Source: Thermoguttaceae bacterium
GTDB lineage: Bacteria > Planctomycetota > Planctomycetia > Pirellulales > Thermoguttaceae
Direction of reading: 5' to 3'
Assembly (NCBI GenBank): GCA_963677085.2
Contig: CAXXFH010000006.1
Location: 43,862-107,861, forward strand
Length of the DNA: 64,000 nt
The translations under genes and the position numbers were made by a program. The notes under the pieces are model-generated. The model worked only from the letters and a program-made list of their open reading frames with translations. It made no database searches and had not been told where the DNA came from. Shown here one piece after another: positions 8,601-16,907 of the stretch (position 1 is the first letter of the stretch; every line of letters begins with the position of its first letter).

Positions 8601-8843
8601 AACCGGCCCTGTCGCGCTTGCGTTTCGCCGCAAGGTGGGTCGGGAAAATTCCCTCGCATGGGGTTCGAAAATGCTAGAGTTGGGGAACATCCCACCCGTT
8701 TTCCCGCCATGTTTGCCTGAACTGTCCGCCGCGTTTGCCAAGCAACCTCCGGCATTCGCGATACTCCCCTAGCCATCGTCGGTTCCCTCGTCCAGGCGTG
8801 GGAACGCATTGCCCCTGCCGATAGAACACGAACCAGTCGACGC

Positions 8844-10355
8844 ATGTCACACATCGAACAAGCAGTATTCACCTCGGCGGAAACGGATCGTTCCTTAGGT
8901 TACCAAGTGGTAGGTCGGAGTCCCGGACTCCGCGAGGAAGACGCCCAGGCGTTGGCCATTTGGGGGCCTTCACACGACTCGCTGCTCGATTTGAGCCCCG
9001 AAGCGGAGAGCTACAACTTCCATCCACTGCCCAGCGGCGCGTTTTGTGTGTCGCGCACGACACCGGCCGGCTGGGAGTATAGCGGTCGCGGTGGTCATCG
9101 AGTTTACACTCAATGCCTGATCGTGCAGCCGGAACTCTTGGCCCGCTTCGCCAACAATCCGTTTGCCTTGCTTCGTGCCGCGCTGGCATCCGGGATGTTG
9201 GAGGTTCACGAACACGTACCGAGCCGTCTCGATCCACTGCAATTAAGCGGTCGCGCCTCACCGGTCGACCAATCGCTACTGGCCCGACTGGCCGCCAATC
9301 CAGGAAGCCAACGGATGGCCAATCTGGTGCAGGCCGCTTTGGACCTCATGCAAACCGACGCGGGCACCGCTCGATTGGCCGTAGCCGGTTCTCCTTCGGC
9401 CGCCCAACTGCTGGCCGGCCTGTTCAACTGCCTGCCGGTGGAAAGCCGCACGGCGTTTTCGTTTTGCACGGGCTTGAAGTATTCGTCGCGACGGCCGTTT
9501 CGGATTCAGGCCCTCTCCGACGATCCGGCCGAACGCCGCTGGGTGGCACATCAGCCGAACGTTACCGTGGTGGAATTGTACCACGATTCGCCCACCGAGC
9601 CGTTGCCCTGGGAAGGTTGGGCGCAACTGATCAATCGGGTGTTGGCCTCCGGACGAACCACGTTTCTGGCGACTCAACTCTCGAAGCGTCGTTTCGATCT
9701 CACGCCCGACGACTTGGCGGCCCTGGGTCTGCAATTGCTCGAGGATTTCGAGGCCTCGGCATTGCGTCACGACCATGGCGATTCAGACCTGACAGAGACG
9801 ACCTCCGACGAGGTGACTTCGGCCGAAAGCGATCTGGATCGGCCGTTTGTCGACCCGGTCGACATGCTCGCGGACCCCACCGACCTCAACACCCAGCCGA
9901 AAACGCTGGATACGACCGACGATACGGCGCGGCCGGGCGGGGCCTCACCCGACTATCAACAGGCCCATGCGGCGCATCAGCAGTTCGCGAAAAGCACCTC
10001 TTCGGCCATCCCATCGTCGGGCACCGGATCGTCGGCTAAAGCTCCATCGCGCGTGGTTGCCCCGTCGAAAAATTTAGGGACCGCCTCGCCGCAAGTGTTG
10101 GAAAAACTGGAGTTGCTCGACGACCTGGTCTACGAGGCGCTTAGCGGCCAAACCACGGCCTTGAATCGGCTTGAAGTGCTTTGGCCCGAGATTCGCAGCA
10201 AATTGGACGACGAGTTGCTTGCCGAGTCGCGCGAACAGTATTTGCAATACGCGTTGTCGATCTGGGAAAACTGCGTCAACGACTCAGGCGTTCGCGCCCC
10301 AGCGCGTGCCGTGCAAGCCCTCGACGTACTGTGCGTGCTGTTCGACGAAGTATAG
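8844..10355 (+). CDS. Hypothetical 503-aa protein; N-terminus resembles GTPase-associated protein 1 (GAP1-N-type) domains
   Basis: Long ORF with good coding appearance. N-terminus is MSHIEQAVFTSAETDRSLGYQVVGRSPGL. The middle is acidic and Ser/Thr-rich low complexity, and the C-terminal module is helical. The family assignment is from memory of the M..Q..YTS....G[FY]Q..A.SPG pattern and was not searched. Confidence 0.6.
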   Translation: MSHIEQAVFTSAETDRSLGYQVVGRSPGLREEDAQALAIWGPSHDSLLDLSPEAESYNFHPLPSGAFCVSRTTPAGWEYSGRGGHRVYTQCLIVQPELLARFANNPFALLRAALASGMLEVHEHVPSRLDPLQLSGRASPVDQSLLARLAANPGSQRMANLVQAALDLMQTDAGTARLAVAGSPSAAQLLAGLFNCLPVESRTAFSFCTGLKYSSRRPFRIQALSDDPAERRWVAHQPNVTVVELYHDSPTEPLPWEGWAQLINRVLASGRTTFLATQLSKRRFDLTPDDLAALGLQLLEDFEASALRHDHGDSDLTETTSDEVTSAESDLDRPFVDPVDMLADPTDLNTQPKTLDTTDDTARPGGASPDYQQAHAAHQQFAKSTSSAIPSSGTGSSAKAPSRVVAPSKNLGTASPQVLEKLELLDDLVYEALSGQTTALNRLEVLWPEIRSKLDDELLAESREQYLQYALSIWENCVNDSGVRAPARAVQALDVLCVLFDEV

Positions 10356-10379
10356 CCACGCTTCTGTTGTAGGCCATTT

Positions 10380-10538
10380 CACTGTGTAGGCTATGCTTCA
10401 GCATAGCGCGGCTCACGCCGCAACCAATTGGTGCTACCGCACCCACTTCCACTCGGTCCCAAGCTCCAGCTTGGGACCGCACATCCGCGAAGCATTGCTA
10501 GGGCTGTCGCGCTATGCTGAAGCATAGCCTACACAGTG
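10380..10538. mobile_element. MITE-like element with 31-bp perfect terminal inverted repeats
   Basis: cactgtgtaggctatgcttcagcatagcgcg (10380-10410) is the exact reverse complement of cgcgctatgctgaagcatagcctacacagtg (10508-10538). The 97-bp interior carries a family-C half site and a GGTCCCAAGCTCCAGCTTGGGACC hairpin. Confidence 0.6.
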
Positions 10539-10748
10539 GTGCTGGCAATGCACTCACGTCTCTCGCCCCTCGTCTCAACCTCGCCCCTCGTCTCAACCTC
10601 GCCCGCCAAATCTAACGCCTTTCTTGCAGATCGCTAACCCGGCGTTCATGGCCTTTGGCGATAATTCAGTTAGAGGACTTCGGGAAGACACTCGCTTTGG
10701 TGAAACCTTCTCCCGAAGCAGTCGACCACTCCGAGGACGATTCCCTTG

Positions 10749-13247
10749 ATGTACACGACCCAGAAGACGTCGAAGGCCGATCTTCACGTCCACAGCAAAC
10801 ACTCCGACCGGCCGAGCGAGTGGTTTCTTCGCCGCATCGGATCGCCCGAGTGTTTCGTCGAGCCGCTGGAAATCTACCATCGCGCACGACAGCGGAGGAT
10901 GGACTTCGTGACCATCTCCGATCACAACTGCATCCGCGGGGCGTTGGAAATCGCCCATCTGCCGGGCACATTCATCTCGAACGAGGTGACCACCTACTTC
11001 CCCGAGGACGGCTGCAAGCTCCACGTGCTGGTCAGCGGAATCACGGAAACCGAGTTCCGCGACATCCAGGAAAATCGCTCCAACGTTTACGACTTGCAGA
11101 AGTATCTTGTCGAGCAAGACATCATCCACAGCGTGGCCCATCCGCTGTTTCGCATCAACAGCCGGCTGACGATCGACCACGTGGAAAAGCTGCTCGTGCT
11201 GTTCAAGCGGTTCGAGGCGATCAACGGCACCCGCGACGTCCGAGCGGCCGAACTGGTCGACGCCATCTTCGGCCACCTCACGCCCGAGATGATTGAAGCG
11301 ATGGCCAATCGCCACGGTCTCGCACCGGTCGGTCCTGAACCTTGGGTAAAACACTTCACCGGCGGCAGCGACGACCACAGCGGAGCCTACACGGCCGCCG
11401 CCCATACGATGACGCCGCCGTGCGACGACGTCGACGAGTTCCTCGGTCATCTGCGCCGCGGCGAGCACGGGCCGGCCGGCACCTCGGGTGGCAGCGTGAT
11501 GATGGGACACTGCCTGTACCACATTGCTTACAGCTACTACAAAGACCGTTTCGTCCGCGGCACCGGCGACGGCAAACCCACCATCATCGGCGAGCTGTTC
11601 AAAAAACTGCTTCAACAGGCCGAGCAACAACGTCCGCCGGCCAGTCTGGGCCAACGGTTAAAGGACGCCGCGGTGAGTTTCGTTTGGGCGCGTCAGAAGA
11701 ATCGTCTCAGCGAAGTTGATCGGGAGTTGGTCGACGAGTTTTCCCAACTATTCAACGTCGAAGAACAGCGCGACGTGGCCTCGCCGCCGATGGACGACCG
11801 GCGCACGTTCTACACGGCTTGCCGCATCAGCCACGTATTGGGTTACAGCTTCCTGCGTCGGTTCGAGAAGTACGCCCGCCAGGGCCGGCTGATGGAAAGT
11901 TTGCAGACGGTGGCCTCCTTGGGGCCGGTCGCTCTGAGCATGGCTCCGTACTTGGCTGCGTTCTCCACCCAACACAAGGATGAGCCGTTTCTCCAGGCCG
12001 TGGCAGAACACTTTCCCACGGCGCACCACCTACGGCAAAAGAGCGATCGCAAGGCCTGGGTGACCGACACGTTTGCCGACGTCAACGGCGTGACGCGAAC
12101 CATTCACTCGTTGGCAGCCATGGCCAAGAAGACGGGCCGGAAGATGACCGTGGTAACCTGTCTCGACGAACTGCCGACCACGAAGCTCGACGTCAAGAAT
12201 TTCCGCCCGGTGGGTACCTTCCAGTTGCCGGAATACGAGTCGCTGCGGTTGGCCTTTCCCCCGTTTCTTGAGGTGATCGAGTATCTCGAACGGCAACGGT
12301 TCAGCGAGGTGATCATTTCCACACCCGGCCCTATGGGACTAACGGCCCTGGCCGCGGCACGCCTTTTGGGTTTGCGCACCACGGGCATCTACCACACCGA
12401 CTTCCCGCAGTTCGTCCGCTATCTGACGGGCGACGACGACATGGAGGAACTTACCTGGAAGTACATGCTGTGGTTCTACGAGCAAACCGACCGCATCCTG
12501 GCCCCCAGCGAGTATTATCGCAAGACGCTCGCTTACCGTGGCTTCGATCCCACCAAGCTGCAACTGATGGTTCGCGGCGTGGATACCGCGTGGTTCACGC
12601 TGGAGAAACGCGACCCGGCATTCTACCGTCGCTGGGGTCTCGACGATCGGCTGACATTCGTCTACGCGGGCCGTATCTCCTGCGAAAAGAACCTCCACCT
12701 GCTGGTCGACGCGTTCCGCTCGCTGATCGAACGCGACGTGACAGCCCAGTTGGCAATTGTGGGCGACGGCCCTTATGTGGAAGAACTTCAGAAGCAGTCT
12801 CAAGGGTTACCCGTCTTTTTCACGGGCTTTCTCGACGGCGAAGATCTGGCCACTGCCTATGCCAGCGCCGATGTGATGGTGTTTCCCTCGACCACCGACA
12901 CGTTTGGCAACGCCGTGCTCGAAGCCCAAGCGAGCGGACTGCCCGCGATCGTCGCCGACCGGGGCGGTCCTCCCGACATCGTCGGCCCACACGAATCGGG
13001 CCTGATCGTGAATCTCAACGAACCGAACGCGCTGGCCGATGCCATGCAACAGTTGGCATGCGACGAAACCATGCGGAACGAAATGGGACGGCGCGCGTTG
13101 CGCAACGCGGCCGAACGTCGTTGGGAAGTGGTGCTCGAAGAATTCTGGAACGGCGCGGAGAACGATCCCGCCACATCCGAACGGCTCGTCTATCGTCAGC
13201 CGAACGAGCACGTCACGGCGGGCCTGGTTTCTCTCGATACCGCCTAG
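10749..13247 (+). CDS. PHP-domain phosphoesterase fused to GT4 (group 1) glycosyltransferase
   Basis: N-terminus ADLHVHSKHSDRPSEW ... TISDHN ... HPLF is the PHP metal-binding pattern. C-terminus VYAGRISCEKNLHLL ... VFPSTTDTFGNAVLEAQASGLPAIVADRGGPPDIV is the GT4 E-x7-E region. Confidence 0.85.
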   Translation: MYTTQKTSKADLHVHSKHSDRPSEWFLRRIGSPECFVEPLEIYHRARQRRMDFVTISDHNCIRGALEIAHLPGTFISNEVTTYFPEDGCKLHVLVSGITETEFRDIQENRSNVYDLQKYLVEQDIIHSVAHPLFRINSRLTIDHVEKLLVLFKRFEAINGTRDVRAAELVDAIFGHLTPEMIEAMANRHGLAPVGPEPWVKHFTGGSDDHSGAYTAAAHTMTPPCDDVDEFLGHLRRGEHGPAGTSGGSVMMGHCLYHIAYSYYKDRFVRGTGDGKPTIIGELFKKLLQQAEQQRPPASLGQRLKDAAVSFVWARQKNRLSEVDRELVDEFSQLFNVEEQRDVASPPMDDRRTFYTACRISHVLGYSFLRRFEKYARQGRLMESLQTVASLGPVALSMAPYLAAFSTQHKDEPFLQAVAEHFPTAHHLRQKSDRKAWVTDTFADVNGVTRTIHSLAAMAKKTGRKMTVVTCLDELPTTKLDVKNFRPVGTFQLPEYESLRLAFPPFLEVIEYLERQRFSEVIISTPGPMGLTALAAARLLGLRTTGIYHTDFPQFVRYLTGDDDMEELTWKYMLWFYEQTDRILAPSEYYRKTLAYRGFDPTKLQLMVRGVDTAWFTLEKRDPAFYRRWGLDDRLTFVYAGRISCEKNLHLLVDAFRSLIERDVTAQLAIVGDGPYVEELQKQSQGLPVFFTGFLDGEDLATAYASADVMVFPSTTDTFGNAVLEAQASGLPAIVADRGGPPDIVGPHESGLIVNLNEPNALADAMQQLACDETMRNEMGRRALRNAAERRWEVVLEEFWNGAENDPATSERLVYRQPNEHVTAGLVSLDTA

Positions 13248-13290
13248 GGCGGCAGGGCCGCCAACCAAACGGCACTACCGCACCCAATCG
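13247..13290. repeat. Repeat family C (GGGCGGCAGGGCCGCCAACCAAAC(C)GG..CTACCGCACCCA)
   Basis: Related copies at 32919-32966 (same orientation), 47291-47323 and 49101-49140 (reverse), 61018-61059, and a half site at 10418-10445. Confidence 0.6.
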
Positions 13291-13311
13291 ACAAAGCGCC
13301 AGCACGACCTG

Positions 13312-13719
13312 TTACGGCACGATCTTGAAAACTTGATCGCCCGCTGACACTGGTTCGATCGTTTTGATTCCCACCACTTGCCCCACGGTAGCTTCGTCGA
13401 CCGGTTGGGCGTCGATTTGCATCGATTCGACCGCCTGAGTCAGGTCGACCGAGGTGCCGCAAATACGAATCGTGTCGGTGGCGCGCAAGGTGCCATCGGC
13501 AATTTCAACGGCCGCGATTTCGATACGTGGGAAGTAGTGTGTTACCCTGCCAAGGCGTACTTCAGCCATTGGTCCGTCCTGCCCCGAAAAACACGGACCG
13601 GTCAACATGTGCCCACGGCGTAGGTCTACCCAACTGCCGCAGTCGCACAGGACCCGGTGTCCAAACTGAAAGAGCGTTACATCGAAACCCATCCCGCAAC
13701 GCGGGCAGGTGATCGCCAT
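13312..13719 (-). CDS. Hypothetical zinc-ribbon protein with C-terminal small beta-barrel-like region
   Basis: N-terminal CPRCG...CDCG zinc ribbon. It follows lutC co-directionally. Function unknown. Confidence 0.55.
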   Translation of the reverse strand: MAITCPRCGMGFDVTLFQFGHRVLCDCGSWVDLRRGHMLTGPCFSGQDGPMAEVRLGRVTHYFPRIEIAAVEIADGTLRATDTIRICGTSVDLTQAVESMQIDAQPVDEATVGQVVGIKTIEPVSAGDQVFKIVP

Positions 13720-13950
13720 GCCCCAACTCCTCCCTCAATTCCCTGATTCTAACTTCGTAGCCAGGGATGGGTAAAGCGAGAAATCGTGCTCTATCACGGC
13801 GACAACACCGACGGGCTTGCGTCTGTACCGCTTTAGGAAGTAGAACGGCTGGTGGAACCCTCACCAGCCGTTATCGGGAGTCGCCGTTCGTCTTTCAACC
13901 AGATAAACTAGTGCTAAAACACCACGCTACATTTACCCCAGTTCACCAGT

Positions 13951-14601
13951 TCAGTCGACCAGTAAGACGATCAACCGCTTGGGACCGTGAACGCCGAGGA
14001 TCAAGATCTTCTCGATGTCGGCCGTACGACTTGGGCCGGTAATGATCACCGTTTCGCCACGCTGTTGGGCGTCGGCCGCCTGTTTGGCAATCGTTTCCCA
14101 TGCAGCCGGCAGATGTTCGGCCAGGGTTTCGGCCTGGGCCAAAACCACCGAGACCGGCGGCAGATAGCACAACAAGCGTTCTTCGGCCGTGTTGCACGAG
14201 ACGACACAACTGCCCGTATCGGCGAGAAGTTGATCGGCGGAAACCAGGCCGGCGGAAAGCTCGGCCATTGCCTTGGGGTCCCACCCGTCGTGTGCCCAAA
14301 CCACCTGATCCTCGGCCAACCCGGCCACCGCCGTACGGCAAACCGCATTGTCGACCGCACCCAGGCAGCTCCACTCAGACTGCCGAAACAATTCGGCCAG
14401 CCGGTCGGGCACTTCTTCCATCGAGCCGCATCGAACGACCTCGCCCGTAACGGCCGCAAGCTCGGCCAAAAAGCGTTCGACCATCGCTTCCCGCGACGGA
14501 TTGGTCCGCGGCCACACCTCGGGCACGGGCGGCCGTTTCACTTCCGGAGCGTGAGAAACCTCGCTACGAATCCGCGCCAATATTGCTTCGCGACTGTTCA
14601 T
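13951..14601 (-). CDS. lutC: Lactate utilisation protein C (LUD domain)
   Basis: LUD-domain-like sequence (MNSREAILARIRSE..., ...ITGPSRTADIEKILILGVHGPKRL) downstream of lutA and lutB. Confidence 0.8.
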   Translation of the reverse strand: MNSREAILARIRSEVSHAPEVKRPPVPEVWPRTNPSREAMVERFLAELAAVTGEVVRCGSMEEVPDRLAELFRQSEWSCLGAVDNAVCRTAVAGLAEDQVVWAHDGWDPKAMAELSAGLVSADQLLADTGSCVVSCNTAEERLLCYLPPVSVVLAQAETLAEHLPAAWETIAKQAADAQQRGETVIITGPSRTADIEKILILGVHGPKRLIVLLVD

Positions 14602-14655
14602 GATGCGCTTTCTTTTACACCGAATTCAGCCTTTGTCGCTCAACCACTACGGTTC

Positions 14656-14685
14656 TTTTGACAGGATAACAGGATTGACGGGATG
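14656..14685. repeat. Repeat family I arm (TTTTGACAGGATAACAGGATTGACGGGATG)
   Basis: Same arm sequence as at 15161-15180 and 59387-59408. The complementary arm is at 15238-15268. Confidence 0.65.
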
Positions 14686-14710
14686 AAAGAAGAATGGAAT
14701 CCCGCGAATT

Positions 14711-15097
14711 CTACTCCCGCAGCGGTGGATCGAGTATGCGTACCTTGCGTTTCACTTCCACTTTTTCCGGCCCAAAGTTTAGCAGCAGCCCAATATCCAA
14801 ATGAGTCGCAACGAGATAATTGACCAATTGAATCTCGTGGGCGATGGCAAGCTTACGAACGGATTTGAGTTCAACGATGATTCGTTGGTCGACAACAATG
14901 TCTGCTACGAACTCTCCGACCAATTCGTTGTGGTAATATACCTGGATTGGTTTCTGTTCTTCCATCTGCAGCCCGGCGTCGGCCAATTCGATCATCAAGC
15001 ATTTTTCGTACACTGACTCCAGAAACCCAAAACCCATCGTGTTATACACTCGATAAGCACATCCAATAATCTTCTGGGTTGTCTGCTCATGCAACAT
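14711..15097 (-). CDS. GxxExxY protein (PD-(D/E)XK nuclease-fold family)
   Basis: Diagnostic GFGFLESVYEKCL (G-x-x-E-x-x-Y) motif and ...DIVVDQRIIVELKSV... (D...E-x-K) core. Lower GC than its neighbours. Confidence 0.85.
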   Translation of the reverse strand: MLHEQTTQKIIGCAYRVYNTMGFGFLESVYEKCLMIELADAGLQMEEQKPIQVYYHNELVGEFVADIVVDQRIIVELKSVRKLAIAHEIQLVNYLVATHLDIGLLLNFGPEKVEVKRKVRILDPPLRE

Positions 15098-15160
15098 TTC
15101 TTCAACCGTCGCAGCCAGCTTCCGTCAACATTCCAACATGAACCATGCCTACGACATGTT

Positions 15161-15268
15161 TTTTGACAGGACAACAGGATTTCAAGGGTAAACACACCAC
15201 ACATCTCCCGCCAACAAACGTGTGGATCTTACAACACTATCCTGTCCATCTTGTTATCCTGTCAAAAG
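15161..15268. repeat. Repeat family I, complete inverted-repeat unit
   Basis: ttttgacaggacaacaggat ... atcctgtccatcttgttatcctgtcaaaag with an inner ccacac/gtgtgg hairpin. Confidence 0.65.
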
Positions 15269-15279
15269 AAAAACGCGCT

Positions 15280-16707
15280 CTACTTCTCGATCGCCTTCGG
15301 CTTCGGTGCCCCGTTGCGGCGCCAGAGGGTGCGGTAGGCTGGGCCGGGGACCTTCGGGATTTCTCGGCCCCGCGTCCAGCCGCCTAAGTGCCAAACGTGC
15401 AAAAACTTGGGTAGGTACTTCGCCATTCGCGATCCCAGTCGAACGCTCCACATGGCCAAACGATAGCGCCGCGGGCCGGCCATGAAATACGACCACGCCG
15501 TCCACAGCAGCCGCTCGCTGAGCAGGTTCATCGGCGACGGCTCATTGACCGCCCGATGCCGCAAGTGGACCAGTTGGTGCGGGATGTCGATCTTCACCGG
15601 ACAAACCTCGCCACAGGCTCCGCAAAGCGACGATGCAAACGGCAGCTTGGCCGCTTTCATGCCCACCAGGTGCGGTGTGATGATCGAGCCGATTGGCCCC
15701 GGATACACCCAACCGTAGGCCGCTCCGCCCACGCGACGGTACACGGGACACGCGTTCAAACAGGCCCCGCAGCGAATACAGTGCAACGCTCGCCAAGCGG
15801 CGCGGTCTTTGAGGATCTGCGTGCGGCCGTTGTCGAGAATAATTACGTAAAGCTTCTTGCCCGGCGCGGGACCGTGGATGAAGTGGGTGTACGTGGTCAA
15901 CTTTTGGCCGGTGCCGCTGCGGGCCAAGAGATTGAGGAACACGGGCAGGTAGTCGATGCTGGGCAACAGCTTCTCGACGCCCATCAGCGCCACGTGAACC
16001 GGCGGCGTGGCGGTCGACAGCCCGGCGTTGCCTTCGTTCTCGATGATGGTCAGCGTGCCCGTATCGGCAATGGCGAAGTTGCAACCCGACATGCCCATTT
16101 CGGCGTCGAGATAGTCTTGCCGAAGGTGCTTTCGGGCAATCGACGTGAGATGTTGATGCTCGGCGCTGAACGGCTCGTTGAGCTTCTTCTGGAACAGGTG
16201 GCCCACGTCTTCGGCCGACATGTGCAGCGCGGGAGTCACGATGTGCTCGGGCCGCTGTTCGGCCAATTGCACGATGTACTCGCCCAAGTCGGTCTCCACG
16301 GGCCGGATACCTTCGGCCTCGAAGACGTGGTTCAGCTCCATCTCCTCGGAAATCATCGACTTCGACTTGACCACGCTCTTGACGTTGTGCTCCCGGGCGA
16401 TGTCGAGCACCATCTGGTTGGCCTCTTTGGCGTCAGCGGCATAGAGCACGGTGACACCCTTGGCCGAGATATTGCGCTCGAACTCGACCAACAGCTTGTC
16501 GAGGTTGGCGATCACGTAGCTTTTGATTTCGTGAGCCGCTTGGCGCCAGTCCTGGAAATAGGGAATGGCGTCGGTTACCTCGCGGTTGTGCTTGGAGGAA
16601 CGTTCGGTCGCAACCCCCAATGCCTTAGAACCGTGGGGCTCGGCCAGCCCTTTGTTGTTCTGCTTCAGGAATTCCGCGCCGTCGAGTGATACGTGATGCT
16701 CGGACAT
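15280..16707 (-). CDS. lutB: Lactate utilisation protein B (LUD domain + 4Fe-4S ferredoxin-type)
   Basis: CIRCGACLNACPVY and CGACGEVCPV 4Fe-4S motifs plus LUD-domain sequence. The start was moved to ATG 16707 (MSEHHV...) because the longer ORF runs into the composite repeat at 16739-16878. Confidence 0.9.
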   Translation of the reverse strand: MSEHHVSLDGAEFLKQNNKGLAEPHGSKALGVATERSSKHNREVTDAIPYFQDWRQAAHEIKSYVIANLDKLLVEFERNISAKGVTVLYAADAKEANQMVLDIAREHNVKSVVKSKSMISEEMELNHVFEAEGIRPVETDLGEYIVQLAEQRPEHIVTPALHMSAEDVGHLFQKKLNEPFSAEHQHLTSIARKHLRQDYLDAEMGMSGCNFAIADTGTLTIIENEGNAGLSTATPPVHVALMGVEKLLPSIDYLPVFLNLLARSGTGQKLTTYTHFIHGPAPGKKLYVIILDNGRTQILKDRAAWRALHCIRCGACLNACPVYRRVGGAAYGWVYPGPIGSIITPHLVGMKAAKLPFASSLCGACGEVCPVKIDIPHQLVHLRHRAVNEPSPMNLLSERLLWTAWSYFMAGPRRYRLAMWSVRLGSRMAKYLPKFLHVWHLGGWTRGREIPKVPGPAYRTLWRRNGAPKPKAIEK

Positions 16708-16738
16708 AATCGAACCGATGTCGTTTTGGTTACGTTTT

Positions 16739-16878
16739 ACTGGTTTCCATGCTTCGCGTGGGAACCCACTGCCGGACGCTTCGCGCCGTTGTATTACCGA
16801 TGAAACATCTTCCACAACCCTCGACGCGAAGCGTCGAACCCTTGCGTTCCCACGTAAAACGTGGGAACGAGAAAACCC
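16739..16878 (+). repeat. Composite ~135-bp four-hairpin repeat (copy 2), in the lutA-lutB spacer
   Basis: Co-linear with 2231-2370: actggtttccatgcttcgcgtgggaac ... ggacgcttcgcg ... ctcgacgcgaagcgtcgaac ... gttcccacgtaaaacgtgggaacgagaaaa. Confidence 0.75.
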
Positions 16879-16907
16879 ACTAGTCCCTAGCCCCCGATCC
16901 CCAGCCC

